A DNA stretch of 63,480 nucleotides, filler included, from an uncultured virus (IMG/VR IMGVR_UViG_2049941000_000426) (Duplodnaviria; Heunggongvirae; Uroviricota; Caudoviricetes). It is 6 parts of one record of this genome, joined end to end, with 100 filler letters (N's around TTAATTAATTAA, not from the genome) between each part and the next. Parts side by side here need not be neighbours in the genome. Positions count along the whole stretch, not along the records: positions 27,032 to 42,583 come from IMGVR_UViG_2049941000_000426; 5 more parts are not named here. One strand, written 5' to 3'. A program made the position numbers and the translations under genes. Each line of letters begins with the position of its first letter. Position 1 is the first letter of the stretch. Positions 29,659 through 41,411 of this stretch are shown here, piece after piece. The notes under the pieces are model-generated. The model had not been told where the DNA came from. It did not search any database and saw nothing but the letters and a program-made list of their open reading frames with translations.

Positions 29659-30009
29659 CTATTTTCCTCCGAACGATCTAATGAATTTCACTAGCTTCAT
29701 GACATCCGTCTTTCGGAACACCAGTGTCAAAGCGACATCGTCCGTATCCGTGCCGTCGATTCCCACGGACTTGACCGGGACACGGAGGGTGTTCTGTCCT
29801 TTCTTCACAAGATTCCGGTAACGGCTGTCCATTGTCAGGACCTTCTTCTTGAAGTCCTCCGTCACGTCATACTCGTTCACCCCGCCGGGACGGACGACCG
29901 CCCGGTCTGCGAACCCGTGCCGTCTGATACGGTCGCGGATGGATCTTGCCGGTACAAGGTAGGTCTCCGACAACTCCTTTACCGACATTCTCAATGCCTT
30001 TGTAACCAT
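29659..30009 (-). CDS. HTH-like DNA-binding protein
   Basis: MSVKELSETYLVPARSIRDRIRRHG. Confidence 0.55.
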   Translation of the reverse strand: MVTKALRMSVKELSETYLVPARSIRDRIRRHGFADRAVVRPGGVNEYDVTEDFKKKVLTMDSRYRNLVKKGQNTLRVPVKSVGIDGTDTDDVALTLVFRKTDVMKLVKFIRSFGGK

Positions 30010-30221
30010 TTACTGCTTCCTCCGAAATGAAAAAAGCCCCGCACGGGCTCATTCCCATGCGGNNNNNNNNNNTTCATGGTCCTTGTCGCCAAAGCGTCCG
30101 CCGGGCCTGAGCATCCACGTCCGCAGGATGTCCACGGTCTCGTTGTCGGCGAGCTTCGCCGTCGAGCCGAACAGGTTCCGCGCCAGTTCACAGGTCCTTC
30201 ATAGGCGCCACNNNNNNNNNN

Positions 30222-30676
30222 CCCCTGGCCCTTGATGACCTTCACATAGCCCCTGTTCGGGGCCTCGCTGCAGACGATCTCAGGTCCTCCCGGGTTTCTG
30301 TCAAGGATGTGCGGACGGCGTATCTTCACCGCCATGTCCAGTTCGGGACGGTCGATCCATAGATACATCTTCCCGTTCTCCTGATAGTCCGGGGGAATCC
30401 CTGCGTTCTTCAGCTTGGTCAGGACGTTCACCGAGGAGCAGCCGTTCCGCTTCCCGATGTCACGCGCCATGACATAGCCTTTCTCCAGCAGGTCCTTGAC
30501 GGTGTCCTTCTTCTTTTCGAAGAACGTCTCGTCGACCAGATAGAGCTTCCGGGAACGCTTCTCGCCTTCGTGGAAGCCCTGTATTCCGACCTGGGCAAGA
30601 CGCCCTCTTGCCGTGGACTCCGCGCATCCGAGACGCTCCGCTATCTCGTCCAAATGCAATTTCATCTTTTCACTCA
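30222..30676 (-). CDS. Tandem HTH protein, partial
   Basis: LDEIAERLGCAESTARGRL and ARDIGKRNGCSSVNVLTKL. Confidence 0.6.
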
Positions 30677-32601
30677 TAACCATTCCTTTGAAAGTAAAAA
30701 GACCCCCGTCGAACGCTTTCACGCCGACGGGGGTCATGTCGTCGCNNNNNNNNNNATCTGCCGACAAGTCCTCCACGTTCAGGAGGATGTTCGTCGCGCC
30801 GACACGCATGTTCTTGTACAGCATCCGGACGACTTCGTTTGTCCGCGTGAAGCGGCTGCCAATCGGATACCGCGTCTTCAGGTACAGGTCCTGCTTGACC
30901 ATCTCGTACACGTCGTCGTAGGCGACATTGACCTTGTCCTTGTAATTCAGCCCGCGGTTGGCGTTCTCCTCAATGGCGACGGTGTCGTTTCCCCCGTTCT
31001 TGTACAGGAGACGGTCGTTGACACATTGTTTGAAACATGACAGGGAGATACTTCCCTGGTCCAGACCCATCAGCATCTCGTCCAGTAGATGAACAAGCGG
31101 ATGGGCCTCGAAAAATTCAGCATAATTCGAGCTCATCTAAATTTCCCCTAATTAACGATCCTTTTAAAAACACACCGCACATGGAGACCGTTTCGATGAT
31201 CCCTTCGGCCACCACGTGCCCTTCTACGACAAGCCGGCCCTTCCGGCCGACCCATTTCTTCTTTTCACGCTCCTGGACAAGATCGTCCATNNNNNNNNNN
31301 NNNNNNNNNNNNNNNNNNNNNNNNNNNNNNNNNNNNNNNNNNNNNNNNNNNNNNNNNNNNNNNNNNNNNNNNNNNNNNNNNNNNNNNNNNNNNNNNNNNN
31401 NNNNNNNNNNNNNNNNNNNNNNNNNNNNNNNNNNNNNNNNNNNNNNNNNNNNNNNNNNNNNNNNNNNNNNNNNNNNNNNNNNNNNNNNNNNNNNNNNNNN
31501 NNNNNNNNNNNNNNNNNNNNNNNNNNNNNNNNNNNNNNNNNNNNNNNNNNNNNNNNNNNNNNNNNNNNNNNNNNNNNNNNNNNNNNNNNNNNNNNNNNNN
31601 NNNNNNNNNNNNNNNNNNNNNNNNNNNNNNNNNNNNNNNNNNNNNNNNNNNNNNNNNNNNNNNNNNNNNNNNNNNNNNNNNNNNNNNNNNNNNNNNNNNN
31701 NNNNNNNNNNNNNNNNNNNNNNNNNNNNNNNNNNNNNNNNNNNNNNNNNNNNNNNNNNNNNNNNNNNNNNNNNNNNNNNNNNNNNNNNNNNNNNNNNNNN
31801 NNNNNNNNNNNNNNNNNNNNNNNNNNNNNNNNNNNNNNNNNNNNNNNNNNNNNNNNNNNNNNNNNNNNNNNNNNNNNNNNNNNNNNNNNNNNNNNNNNNN
31901 NNNNNNNNNNNNNNNNNNNNNNNNNNNNNNNNNNNNNNNNNNNNNNNNNNNNNNNNNNNNNNNNNNNNNNNNNNNNNNNNNNNNNNNNNNNNNNNNNNNN
32001 NNNNNNNNNNNNNNNNNNNNNNNNNNNNNNNNNNNNNNNNNNNNNNNNNNNNNNNNNNNNNNNNNNNNNNNNNNNNNNNNNNNNNNNNNNNNNNNNNNNN
32101 NNNNNNNNNNNNNNNNNNNNNNNNNNNNNNNNNNNNNNNNNNNNNNNNNNNNNNNNNNNNNNNNNNNNNNNNNNNNNNNNNNNNNNNNNNNNNNNNNNNN
32201 NNNNNNNNNNNNNNNNNNNNNNNNNNNNNNNNNNNNNNNNNNNNNNNNNNNNNNNNNNNNNNNNNCCGCCATTAATCTATTTGATGACGCGGGAGAAGGC
32301 CCCCGCCACCAGAATCAGCGCGGCAATGAAGACAAGGGGAATCATGACTCGTCGTCCTCCTCGTCCTCATCGTCCTCGTCGTCGTAATCATCGTCCTCAT
32401 CTTCGTCGTAGTCGTCCTCATAGCCGTAGTCCCCGGTGTCGTCCTCCAGCTCGTCGGCAATGTCGGACAGCTCGTCGACGGCGTTCTGCGAATCGGAATC
32501 GGCCGTGGCCTCGAACTCCGTGAAGCAGTCGACGACAGCGTCCNNNNNNNNNNTTCTTCATCTCGAATTCATGCGCTTCGAGAAAATTGATTAAACTCTC
32601 C

Positions 32602-32850
32602 TTAAACTTCGGCATCACGTACCTCCTCTGGGTTCTTCAACGAAACTCTCTTCATGAACTCCCGGTCGGTCCGGGGTATCCATCTGAACCAGCAGCCTCT
32701 TCCGATGTGCTGGAACCCGTATGCCGCCTTGCTTGATATGTCCGTCAGGCAGGCGGTTATGATCGTGCCCTTCATAGGCCTGGACAGTTCCGGCAGTTCA
32801 AGCCAGACCGTCTCGTGCCCCTTCAAGGATTCAAACTCTTCCTTTGTCAT
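32602..32850 (-). CDS. Hypothetical protein
   Basis: Coupled small ORF. Confidence 0.6.
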   Translation of the reverse strand: MTKEEFESLKGHETVWLELPELSRPMKGTIITACLTDISSKAAYGFQHIGRGCWFRWIPRTDREFMKRVSLKNPEEVRDAEV

Positions 32851-33171
32851 GGCTCATCCCTTGTGTATTCATTTTCCGCTTCACGGGCGATGTCGTCAAG
32901 GTCTTCGGACATCTCTTCGAACTCGTCCCTCGCCTGCCGCCACTCGTCCCGTAGATTCCAGAGAGCCTCAAGGACCGTCGGACCGGAGGATGAGCAGAGG
33001 TACATGCCCGACAGCGTCTTAAGCTCGGCCTTGATCTGAAGCTCCCACGCCCTTAAGGTCACCCGGCAGGTCCCGAGATTCTTTACGGCGAAACTTTCCG
33101 ACAACGAGAAGCCAAGAGCCTCTAGACAGCTCTTGTCCACGTCGGACCATTCAATGTCAATGTTTTCCATC
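32847..33171 (-). CDS. Hypothetical protein (MENIDIEW...)
   Basis: Coupled ORF; LEALGF..PTVLEAL resembles the WLxxHGF repeat. Confidence 0.55.
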
Positions 33172-33555
33172 TTCTTTCTCACCCTCTTTGTTCTTGCCGA
33201 AAAGCTCGGCGTTCCGAGTAATGCGGAACATCGCCAGGTCTGATTGGCGGCTCTCAAATTTAGTTCCGCGAAGGAAATTTCCAAGCACGATGTTACGTAA
33301 GGCGGAATCAAATCCACTGACTTCCAGCAACTGCCACACGATCTTCATGATCGCGTCGACGATGTACAACTGGATATTCGGGTCATCGGTCTCCTCCAGG
33401 ACGACGTTTACCATCATCCGGATGATCGCGATGTCCTTGAGACACAGGATCTGTCGGTTTGCCTCCGTCCGTGTCTTATTGTTGCACATGCCCATCCAGT
33501 CCGTCGCAGCGTCCTGAAGCATCTTGTCCAGTTCTTCCCGTTCTTTGTCTGTCAT
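33157..33555 (-). CDS. Hypothetical protein
   Basis: AGGAG RBS, 132 aa. Confidence 0.6.
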   Translation of the reverse strand: MTDKEREELDKMLQDAATDWMGMCNNKTRTEANRQILCLKDIAIIRMMVNVVLEETDDPNIQLYIVDAIMKIVWQLLEVSGFDSALRNIVLGNFLRGTKFESRQSDLAMFRITRNAELFGKNKEGEKEDGKH

Positions 33556-33891
33556 TTTTTTGGCTTCTCCTGTTGAAATGGAAAAGCCCGGTGAACCGAC
33601 CGTCGGCCACCGGGCTTGTTCCTGTTGTCTTCCTATTTTTNNNNNNNNNNACCCTGGCCCTTGATGACCTTCACATAGCCCCTATTCGGGGCCTCACTAC
33701 AGACGATCTCAGGTCCTCCCGGGTTTCTGTCAAGGATGTGCGGACGGCGNNNNNNNNNNGAACCTCTGATGGCGGAAACCTACAAACGCCGGATGAAAAT
33801 TAATATACAGCATTATGGAAATATTACAATGATTTTACCATGAAAGACATAAAAACAGGCAAAGAAAAATAATATTCAAGGAGGACAGAGT

Positions 33892-34401
33892 ATGAGTTTT
33901 TCAGCTAAAGAGACCGAGTTCCTCGAATTCGACCGCAAGGTCAGGGAAATGGATGAGCACATCAGCCACATCGACCCGGACGTCCTTGCGGCGATCCACA
34001 ACGAGCTTCTCACCCGTTGCGAGGACTACCGGACCATCACGGGCTTCCATGAAAACGAGGAGCTGATCGAGAACAGCCCGGAAGGCATCCTCGGAGCCAT
34101 TCCGGAAAGGAGAGGGGAAGACATCGTCAAGATGCTGTTCGACACGGATTCACGGGCCAGCGCGATCCTTCGCGGCGCCGTCTATTTCACGGGGGCGGAT
34201 TTCCTGATCCGCAACCCCGACAGCGGGAAGGACTCCGTCCCCCTCATGTACAAGGGGGTTTTCATCAACAGTGAAACTTGGAACGAAATCCTGCACGGAC
34301 AGGCCGTCCTCTACGCCATGCGGAACAAGACCCCCGAGGAGCTGTTCGGCGACAAGTTCTTCCCTGGAAAGGAGGCAATGGATGAAAATCCTTTTAACTA
34401 A
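33892..34401 (+). CDS. Hypothetical protein
   Basis: AAGGAGG RBS. Confidence 0.7.
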   Translation: MSFSAKETEFLEFDRKVREMDEHISHIDPDVLAAIHNELLTRCEDYRTITGFHENEELIENSPEGILGAIPERRGEDIVKMLFDTDSRASAILRGAVYFTGADFLIRNPDSGKDSVPLMYKGVFINSETWNEILHGQAVLYAMRNKTPEELFGDKFFPGKEAMDENPFN

Positions 34402-34859
34402 TGACTTCTGGGCTGAGATCGACGGCGAACGGCTGTTCGACACCTTCAAGCGGAACATCTTCGAGAACTCGAAGGAGCGGATGGGATGGACCGAGGAGGA
34501 CGACGTTCCCGACGAGTATGTCTGGGAGGACATCGACCGAGCCTTCGACATCGCGTGGAAGACGTTCATCGACTCCCTGAAGACCGTTGAGAAGGATGAA
34601 TACCTTGTGATGATCGGCGGGATAGGCCGGTGGGACGGAAGGCGTGGATTCGTCCATTGCCCTAAGGACATCAAGAAAGGCATTCTGGATTTCCTGAAGG
34701 NNNNNNNNNNGACGAGAACGGGGACCTTTATGTCGAGGGTGCCCATCACGACGGCACCAATTCCATGATGATACGCATCCTGACGGACGTGGGGCGGAAG
34801 ACCATGGACGAGGACAATCCTTTCGCGTTCAACCCGGATGATGCGTGCATGTCGAAGCC
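34382..34859 (+). CDS. Hypothetical protein (MKILLTNDFWAE...), fragmented; alleles at 18136..18534, 34870..35066 and 35857..36055
   Basis: GRWDG..GSHHDGTN motifs recur across fragments. Confidence 0.6.
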
Positions 34860-35117
34860 NNNNNNNNNNAGTCCTTCATGAATGACGACGGCCGAGAGGC
34901 CATCGCGATCCGGATCAGGAAGGACAAGTCCTTCGAGGATGTTTTCAAAAGACTGGCGGATATCCTCGGCATCATTGAGGGCAAGGCGGAGGTTTCCGTC
35001 CTGACCGCGGAGGCAAAGGCCGACAGTCTGGCGTTCGTCCTTGTTCTGGACAATATCAAGGAATAAACCAACAGGGCTGGGAATTGCTCCCGGCCCTTCT
35101 AATCAATCGGAGGAAAC

Positions 35118-35606
35118 ATGGAAAGGCTTACACAGCAGGAATTCCTGGAGACTGTGCATAATATCGTCAACGACTTCAATTGGAGGGTGAATCGCAAGAT
35201 GGAGGAGCTCGCGCCGGAAATAGACGCGTCCTTCTTCTGCAACGAGAGGGGGACGATCGACGAGATCAACGACAGGCTTGCGGCTATATGCAAATCGAAG
35301 AATTTCGGGGAGGTGAGGAAGGCCTGGGACTACTGCTTCCCGGACGAGGACTTCCCGAGGAAGATCCGCCTGTCGGACGACGACGCCGTCAGGGATATCG
35401 TGAAGAACAACCCGCATTACGCGGAGCAGCTGTCCTGCCTACTGCAGGACGCCCTATTCGAGCTCGTGGACGACGAGAATGACTACCGCTACATCATGGA
35501 GGACGAGAATTATGCGCTGTCCCTGTGGAAATGGGACGACGGGAAGCTTCTGGCGTTCCTGACAGCGTGCGAAAAAGTTCTGTTGGAGAAGAAGAAGAAT
35601 GACTGA
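35118..35606 (+). CDS. Acidic hypothetical protein
   Basis: GGAGG RBS, 162 aa. Confidence 0.7.
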   Translation: MERLTQQEFLETVHNIVNDFNWRVNRKMEELAPEIDASFFCNERGTIDEINDRLAAICKSKNFGEVRKAWDYCFPDEDFPRKIRLSDDDAVRDIVKNNPHYAEQLSCLLQDALFELVDDENDYRYIMEDENYALSLWKWDDGKLLAFLTACEKVLLEKKKND

Positions 35607-35829
35607 TCTATCTGAATCGACGTTATGGACGATAAATGGCGAGCCCTTGAGGGTCTGCGCAAAAATGCCGAAGGCCCGTGGGTTCAAGGCGTTTCTGCCC
35701 GACCTGTCATGCCGTCCGGAAAGGGGGCCCGTGTATTTCTATGAGGTCGGGAAAGACTACTGGGAAGCCAAGGCCGTTATCTGCTGTTCCGGATTTCATT
35801 TCTGCCCTTGTCTGTCAAGTGTCTTCCAA
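35599..35829 (+). CDS. FKAF...C..GFHFC-domain protein, N-terminal part
   Basis: GFKAFLPDLSC..YEVGKDY..ICCSGFHFC; allele at 25012..25190. Confidence 0.65.
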
Positions 35830-36177
35830 NNNNNNNNNNGGGAAAGGAGGTGGTCGATGAAAATCCTTTTAACCAATGACTTCTGGGCCGAGATCGACGG
35901 CGAACGGCTGTTCGACATCTTCAAGCGGAACATCTTCGAGAACTCTAAGGAGCGGATGGGATGGACCGAGGAGGACGACGTCCCCGACGAGTATGTCTGG
36001 GAGGATATCGACCGAGCCTTCGACATCGCGTGGAAGACGTTCATCGACTCCCTGAANNNNNNNNNNTTCCCGTATTGAGGACATCATAGTCCACCTGATG
36101 GAATCTTTCACCGAGTCCGACAGGCGCCATGCGAAGCGCGAGCAGCTGTACGGCTCAAGGAGGTCAAAGAGAAATCA

Positions 36178-36498
36178 ATGAAAATCAAAGGATATAAGGC
36201 TTTCCGCGAGGACATGACGTGCGATCCGGATCCGAAGAATCCTTTCCGGTACGAAGTCGGGAAGATATACGAGATGCCGGATCACCCGATCCTCTGCGTC
36301 CGTGGATTCCATTTCTGCGGAAATGTCTCGGACTGCTACAACTACTACCCGACGACGGACAGGACGCCGATATGCGAAGTGGAGGCCGACGGGTGGCTGG
36401 AGTTCTCCGATGAGGCGCGAAGGACCAACGGAAGGTACGGGAAGATGGTGACCAACCGGATCACGATTCTACGACGCCTGACCAACGAAGAAGTCATA
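36178..36498 (+). CDS. YKAF...C..GFHFC-domain protein (DUF7666-like), partial
   Basis: KGYKAFREDMTC..FRYEVGKIY..LCVRGFHFC..ICEVEA..KMVTNRITILRRL. Confidence 0.75.
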
Positions 36499-37132
36499 NN
36501 NNNNNNNNGAGCTTCGGATGGATGTCTCCGTCGACGGGCGGAACTGCACCGAGACGTTCCAGCGTCTCGTCACGACTAGAATGGACACCCCGTGGTGGTC
36601 CTTCGAGACGTTTCTCGACAGGGGCGCCGGCAAATTCCGCGAGGCGTTGTTCCAGCTGGGCATCGTCCTGAACAAGCGGGAGGTTCGCAAGTGGCTCTCC
36701 AGCTTTGAGTCGGACGACAAGCCGGACATCTACACCCATAAGGACGTCCGGGTGTCCATCGCCCGGGAAGGGGGTGCATGATGGCAACGGCCGCTGTTCT
36801 CATGCTGATCGTCTTCGGGGCGTTCTGCACAAGCTATCTGGCGCTCTTTGCAAGACGGGTATACCAGACAAGGGACAAGGTCGGAAGCAGGTCGCTGGGC
36901 GTCGTCCTGACGGTGCTTCTGACCTTGTGCAGTTTAATCTGCTTCACCGGATGCGCGTTGCTGACGGTGGGGNNNNNNNNNNTTTCGCAAGACGGGTATA
37001 CCAGACAAGGGACAAGGTCGGAAGCAGGCCGCTGGGCGTCGTCCTGACGGTGCTTCTGGCCTTGTGCAGTTTAATCTGCTTCACCGGATGCGCGTTGCTG
37101 ACGGTGGGGTTTGTCATGAACGGAGACTAGGA

Positions 37133-37357
37133 ATGATCGCTGAAATCATCGCAATCGGCGTTGCGGTCTTTATCGCCATATCCGGTTTCCAATGTCTCCG
37201 TTCCTTTGTCGAGGAGGCCGTTGAAGCCTGGCCGGGACTGACGACCGGCGGGAAAATCGCCGTCTGGCTGTCCGTCGTTTTTCTTGTTCTGGCACCGCTG
37301 ACGCCCCTTTTCGCCGTCCTTTTATGGCTTGTCATGCGATTTTCGATGAAGGCCTGA
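37133..37357 (+). CDS. Small membrane protein
   Basis: Two hydrophobic helices; follows another 2-TM ORF at 36778. Confidence 0.55.
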   Translation: MIAEIIAIGVAVFIAISGFQCLRSFVEEAVEAWPGLTTGGKIAVWLSVVFLVLAPLTPLFAVLLWLVMRFSMKA

Positions 37358-38059
37358 AAAGGCCATTTTTGCTAGGTATAAAACGACAGAAAGGGCCCAA
37401 GGTTCCACGCAAAAAATTTTTAGGGGTAATCATACCCCCTCTACCTTGCGTGGATTCTAGGGGCTTTTCTGTAGGCGCTAGGGGCATAAAGCACGAGCGA
37501 TTTTGCCCCTTTTTTAGACAGACTGTATTCTATCTAATAAACAGACGTTTCACTTTCCCGTAAGTGGTCGTCTAAAGAAGGTCATAACAATTTAATTATT
37601 TCGGAGGTACTAAATGGAAAAAGATTTGAAGAAACGGAACTGGCGTCGGGAGCTGGCCGTGCCACTGGCCGTTCTGCTGGTCACGGTCGTTGTTTTCGTC
37701 TCCGCGCTTCCCTGTTTCGCGACCGACCCGGACGTCGTCAANNNNNNNNNNNNNNNNNNNNNNNNNNNNNNNNNNNNNNNNNNNNNNNNNNNNNNGCAGC
37801 CGATCTGTCTGGAATGTCTGACCGGGATGGTCTATGTGGCGCCTATGAAGGACCTACTTCCAGAGGATGTGAGGAAGGCGATGGAACTTATAGAACCGGA
37901 AAAGAAGGAGCCCAACCATGACTGATCTTTACATCAAAGTGAGAGGGAAGTTTCATGTTGCCCGGAAGACCTTCCCGGGGACATACGACAGCTGCAGTAA
38001 GTGCAGTCTNNNNNNNNNNGAAGAAGGTCATAACAAAATCAATAATTAGGAGGTACTAA

Positions 38060-38398
38060 ATGGAAAAAGATTTGAAGAAACGGAACTGGCGTCGGGAACT
38101 GGTCGTGCCACTGGTCGTTCTACTGGTTACGGTCGTCGTTTTCGTCTCCGCGCTTCCCTGTTTCGCGACCGACCCGGACGTCGTCAATGTCATCGATTCG
38201 GTCAAGATCAGCATTGAGCTTATCAAGGATTCCATGATCGGAAAGGTGTCCCATCTGGAGGAGCTGGAGCCCGGCGTCTATGTCGTGTCCGGAAAGAACC
38301 GCCAGCTGGTGATGGTCGTCGCTCAGCCGATCTGTCTGGAGTGTCTAGCCGGGATGGTCTATGTGGCGCCTATGAAGGACCTACTTCCAGAGGATGTG
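38060..38398 (+). CDS. Secreted/membrane-anchored hypothetical protein; allele at 37614..37925
   Basis: Basic N-terminus plus hydrophobic helix; GGAGG RBS. Confidence 0.65.
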
Positions 38399-38408
38399 NN
38401 NNNNNNNN

Positions 38409-38695
38409 CCCTCTATTCCTGCCAGGGAAACCCCAAGGACGATCTTTCCGCCTATGTCTGCATCGACGGACGGGACGAGACAAAAGACGCCGTACGGGCG
38501 ATCCTGGACTTCTGGAAGGGGTACGCTGTCTACCGGTCGGTTTTCCCGGAGGGTAAGGTGTCTTTCTACATGGCGGAAAGCGTCCTTCCATGGAATCCCA
38601 GGATCAACAGAAGAAGGAAGAGCAAGGCCGAGGCCATCCTGGACTCGGAGATGACGTATGTGAACCCAAATGACTATGGAGGATGTCTGAGATGA
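38409..38695 (+). CDS. TYW3-like SC.G motif protein, C-terminal part (N-terminal part at 39048..39337)
   Basis: D..IAPLV..LN..G..T.YSCQG. Confidence 0.5.
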
Positions 38696-38743
38696 ACTTA
38701 TTGAAGGAAACGAAACAGGTTGTCAAGAAAGAANNNNNNNNNN

Positions 38744-38919
38744 TGGACGAACCACGTCAGACCGCCTGCGCCAAGACCATATTTCATGGCCCTGCCGAAC
38801 GCCTTCTCGTGGTCCACGGGGCTATGCTCCGGGGTGTTGCCGTTTATGTCGAAACCGCCTACGGGGTTCCAGTCGTCCTTCTTTTCCTCGGCGGCTTTCT
38901 TGATGCTTTTCCAGTCCAT
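38744..38919 (-). CDS. N-terminus of probable hydrolase paralog (empty-site allele)
   Basis: MDWKSIKKAAEE...KYGLGAGG, directly after the end of the 579..1550 allele. Confidence 0.6.
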
Positions 38920-39605
38920 TTTTTTATTTGTCTCCTCCGCTGAATACACTTAACGGATTCTCGGCGCTCATCGGGGCCGTGTAGTCCTTCTTTCGGTCAC
39001 CCGCAAAATCAACTGTCCGGATACCGGTATGGTCATTNNNNNNNNNNGAAAAGGGTATGCAACGGGAAGTCGGTCATCAATTCCGACGTCGTCGACCGCG
39101 GGTGCTCCGCCTACGGCTATGGCTGGAAGCTTCTCAAGAGGAATCCTCTTCCGGAGCCGAGGAAGAGCTTCTGGGAGACCTGCGAGACGAAGCATCCCCA
39201 GATCATCGTCGAGGGGATGGATCCGAAGCACGGGAAATTCCGCATCCCCTGCGACGTCGCGATCGCCCCTTTGGTGATCGTTCTGAACATGATGGGCGTA
39301 CGGACCCTCTATTCCTGCCAGGGAAAACCCAAGGACGNNNNNNNNNNGGGTATGCGAAGGACTGTCTTGTCCGGTTGATTGAAACCAAGAGCGCCGCCCC
39401 CGGTTTCTACGACGACCTTCTCAATGACGAGAAGTCCATCATGGAGGCTCTTGACCTCGCGGTTGAGGACGAGGAAGCGAACGACTACTATTCGAGCGCG
39501 TTCGAGGAGGCCTTGTGGCATCAGCTGGAGGACCTCATGGAACGTTACGTGGACATGAAAACGAGGAAATACATCAGAAGAGACGATTACTTGGAGGAAA
39601 AAGAA

Positions 39606-40178
39606 ATGAAAGAAGAGGAACAGAAGAAAGAAAACACCTTCCCGAAACCCGACCCGGACGACATCCAGTGCGACGACCCGATGGACTGCGAGGACGTTGA
39701 ATTCACCATCAAGTGCAAGATGCCTGTCCTGTGGGCGCACGCCCTAGTGAACATGCTGTTCGCCATGGCCGATCCGGATTTCAAGTCGGGCGAGGGTATA
39801 TGGGACTTCGGGATCGGCGGACAGGGGGACCTGCCCTGGGGGTTTGACTTCGAGATCGAGAGCAAGGACGGCAAGTTCGACCCGAAGCCGATGTTCCCGA
39901 AGTGGTACTCCCTGGACAGTGAGGAACCCCGGCTGATTTTCGACCCGGAGTTCCTCAGCGACTACGCCTGCAACAGAGGCAACGATGTCCGCTGGATGAA
40001 GAAAATCCTGGCCGACCCCGAGACGCCCGAGAGACAGAAGCGCGTCATCCAGTGGATCTTCGACCGGGGCTTCGACAAGGACTGGCTACGCGAGGGGCTG
40101 AAGCACGCCGTGCTTCCCCAGCGGGTCGATGAACTGGAGCAGATCGAATGGGAGAGGAAAGAAAAGGAGACTGTCTGA
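39606..40178 (+). CDS. Acidic hypothetical protein
   Basis: GGAGG RBS before ATG 39606; frame also open upstream to the spacer. Confidence 0.55.
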   Translation: MKEEEQKKENTFPKPDPDDIQCDDPMDCEDVEFTIKCKMPVLWAHALVNMLFAMADPDFKSGEGIWDFGIGGQGDLPWGFDFEIESKDGKFDPKPMFPKWYSLDSEEPRLIFDPEFLSDYACNRGNDVRWMKKILADPETPERQKRVIQWIFDRGFDKDWLREGLKHAVLPQRVDELEQIEWERKEKETV

Positions 40179-40179
40179 G

Positions 40180-40554
40180 ATGAACTTATTGAAGGAAACG
40201 AAACAGGTTGTCAAGAAAGAAGGTTACAAATGGCCCGACGACATCCTGTCCATACAGGGCTTGAAGAGGGCCATATCCATCGGATTGTTCGAGAAGCTGG
40301 CGGACAAGGAATACGACAACGGCTACGGCCTGCAGGAGGTCGCCGAGGATCTTGTCATCCTCATGAAGGACGGGACCTGGTTCTACCGCGGAGAATATGA
40401 TGGCGCCGAGTGGTGGTGTTACAACAAGCGGCCGGAGGCTCTTGCGGTCGACGACGAGGGGATTGTCCGCGTCATCGCCGACACGAGGCGGAGCCTTTGG
40501 GGAACTCTTGAGGAGATGAACAAACCGGCGGAGGAGGACGAGGAGGACCTATGA
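40180..40554 (+). CDS. Conserved phage hypothetical protein (YDNGYG.QE...D.tW..R.EYDG.EWW)
   Basis: Recognisable widespread phage motif; start MNLLKET. Confidence 0.7.
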   Translation: MNLLKETKQVVKKEGYKWPDDILSIQGLKRAISIGLFEKLADKEYDNGYGLQEVAEDLVILMKDGTWFYRGEYDGAEWWCYNKRPEALAVDDEGIVRVIADTRRSLWGTLEEMNKPAEEDEEDL

Positions 40555-40868
40555 GCGGCGGGCATTTCGACTATATCCAGTCCAAAATGGAATATGAACT
40601 TGTCGGGAATATGCACGACCCCGAACTGGACGCCCTTGTCGCCGATCTTGTCGAACTCATCAACGATCTCGACCTTTGGCTGGAAGGCGACACTGGCGAG
40701 GACAAATGGGACAAGGCCCGCGAGGCCTTCAAGAAGAAATGGCTTCGAAATGGCCATGAAGACAGATTGAAGGAACTAATCGAGACGGAAGTCTTAAAGC
40801 TTAAGAATGAATTATTTAAAATGATAAGTCAGGAGGTATATAATGCCAATCAAGTACGTGTTGACTGA
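40551..40868 (+). CDS. Conserved phage hypothetical protein (MSGG.F.Y...DLE.WL.GD type)
   Basis: MSGGHFDY..LDLWLEGDTGE. Confidence 0.7.
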   Translation: MSGGHFDYIQSKMEYELVGNMHDPELDALVADLVELINDLDLWLEGDTGEDKWDKAREAFKKKWLRNGHEDRLKELIETEVLKLKNELFKMISQEVYNANQVRVD

Positions 40869-41274
40869 TGAGACGAAGGATTTACAGGGCGAGAAGCTCT
40901 ATCGTATCCGGTACACGGACGCCTTCATCGACAAGCTCCACCGGGAAAGGGGCATGTCCTATGTGAAACGTGAGGACTTCTACGGGTTCATCAAGTGCGA
41001 GGCCAACCACCCGAACGACATGGACGACATGTCGGTTCTGGTGAACGGGCCCTCCGTTGCCGACATGTCCGTCGTCTCCGACGGCGCGGTCCTGTTCGGG
41101 GGCGATACGCAGATCACCGGCAACTCATCGGTGAAAGGCGACAAGGTCTCGCTTCTCGAGTCAAGTGTCTGGGAGAACTCGAAGATCACGGGGAAAGCCG
41201 CCATCGACCATTGCGTCATCGGGCGGAACTCCGTCGTCGACGGCGGTGACCGCCCGGGCAGCATGAAGTCCTCG
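40843..41274 (+). CDS. Phage beta-helix repeat protein, partial
   Basis: KY.LT.ETK....LYRIR...GFI..E.N followed by V.G.S.V repeats. Confidence 0.65.
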
Positions 41275-41411
41275 NNNNNNNNNNCGACGGGGAGATGCGG
41301 TGGCTGCTGGAAAGATGCTTCCTGCCAGGTCCGTTCCTGTGGACATGGGATTTCGAGGGAAGCCCGTACTACCGGCTGAACCACGGGCATGGCCAGTATG
41401 ANNNNNNNNNN

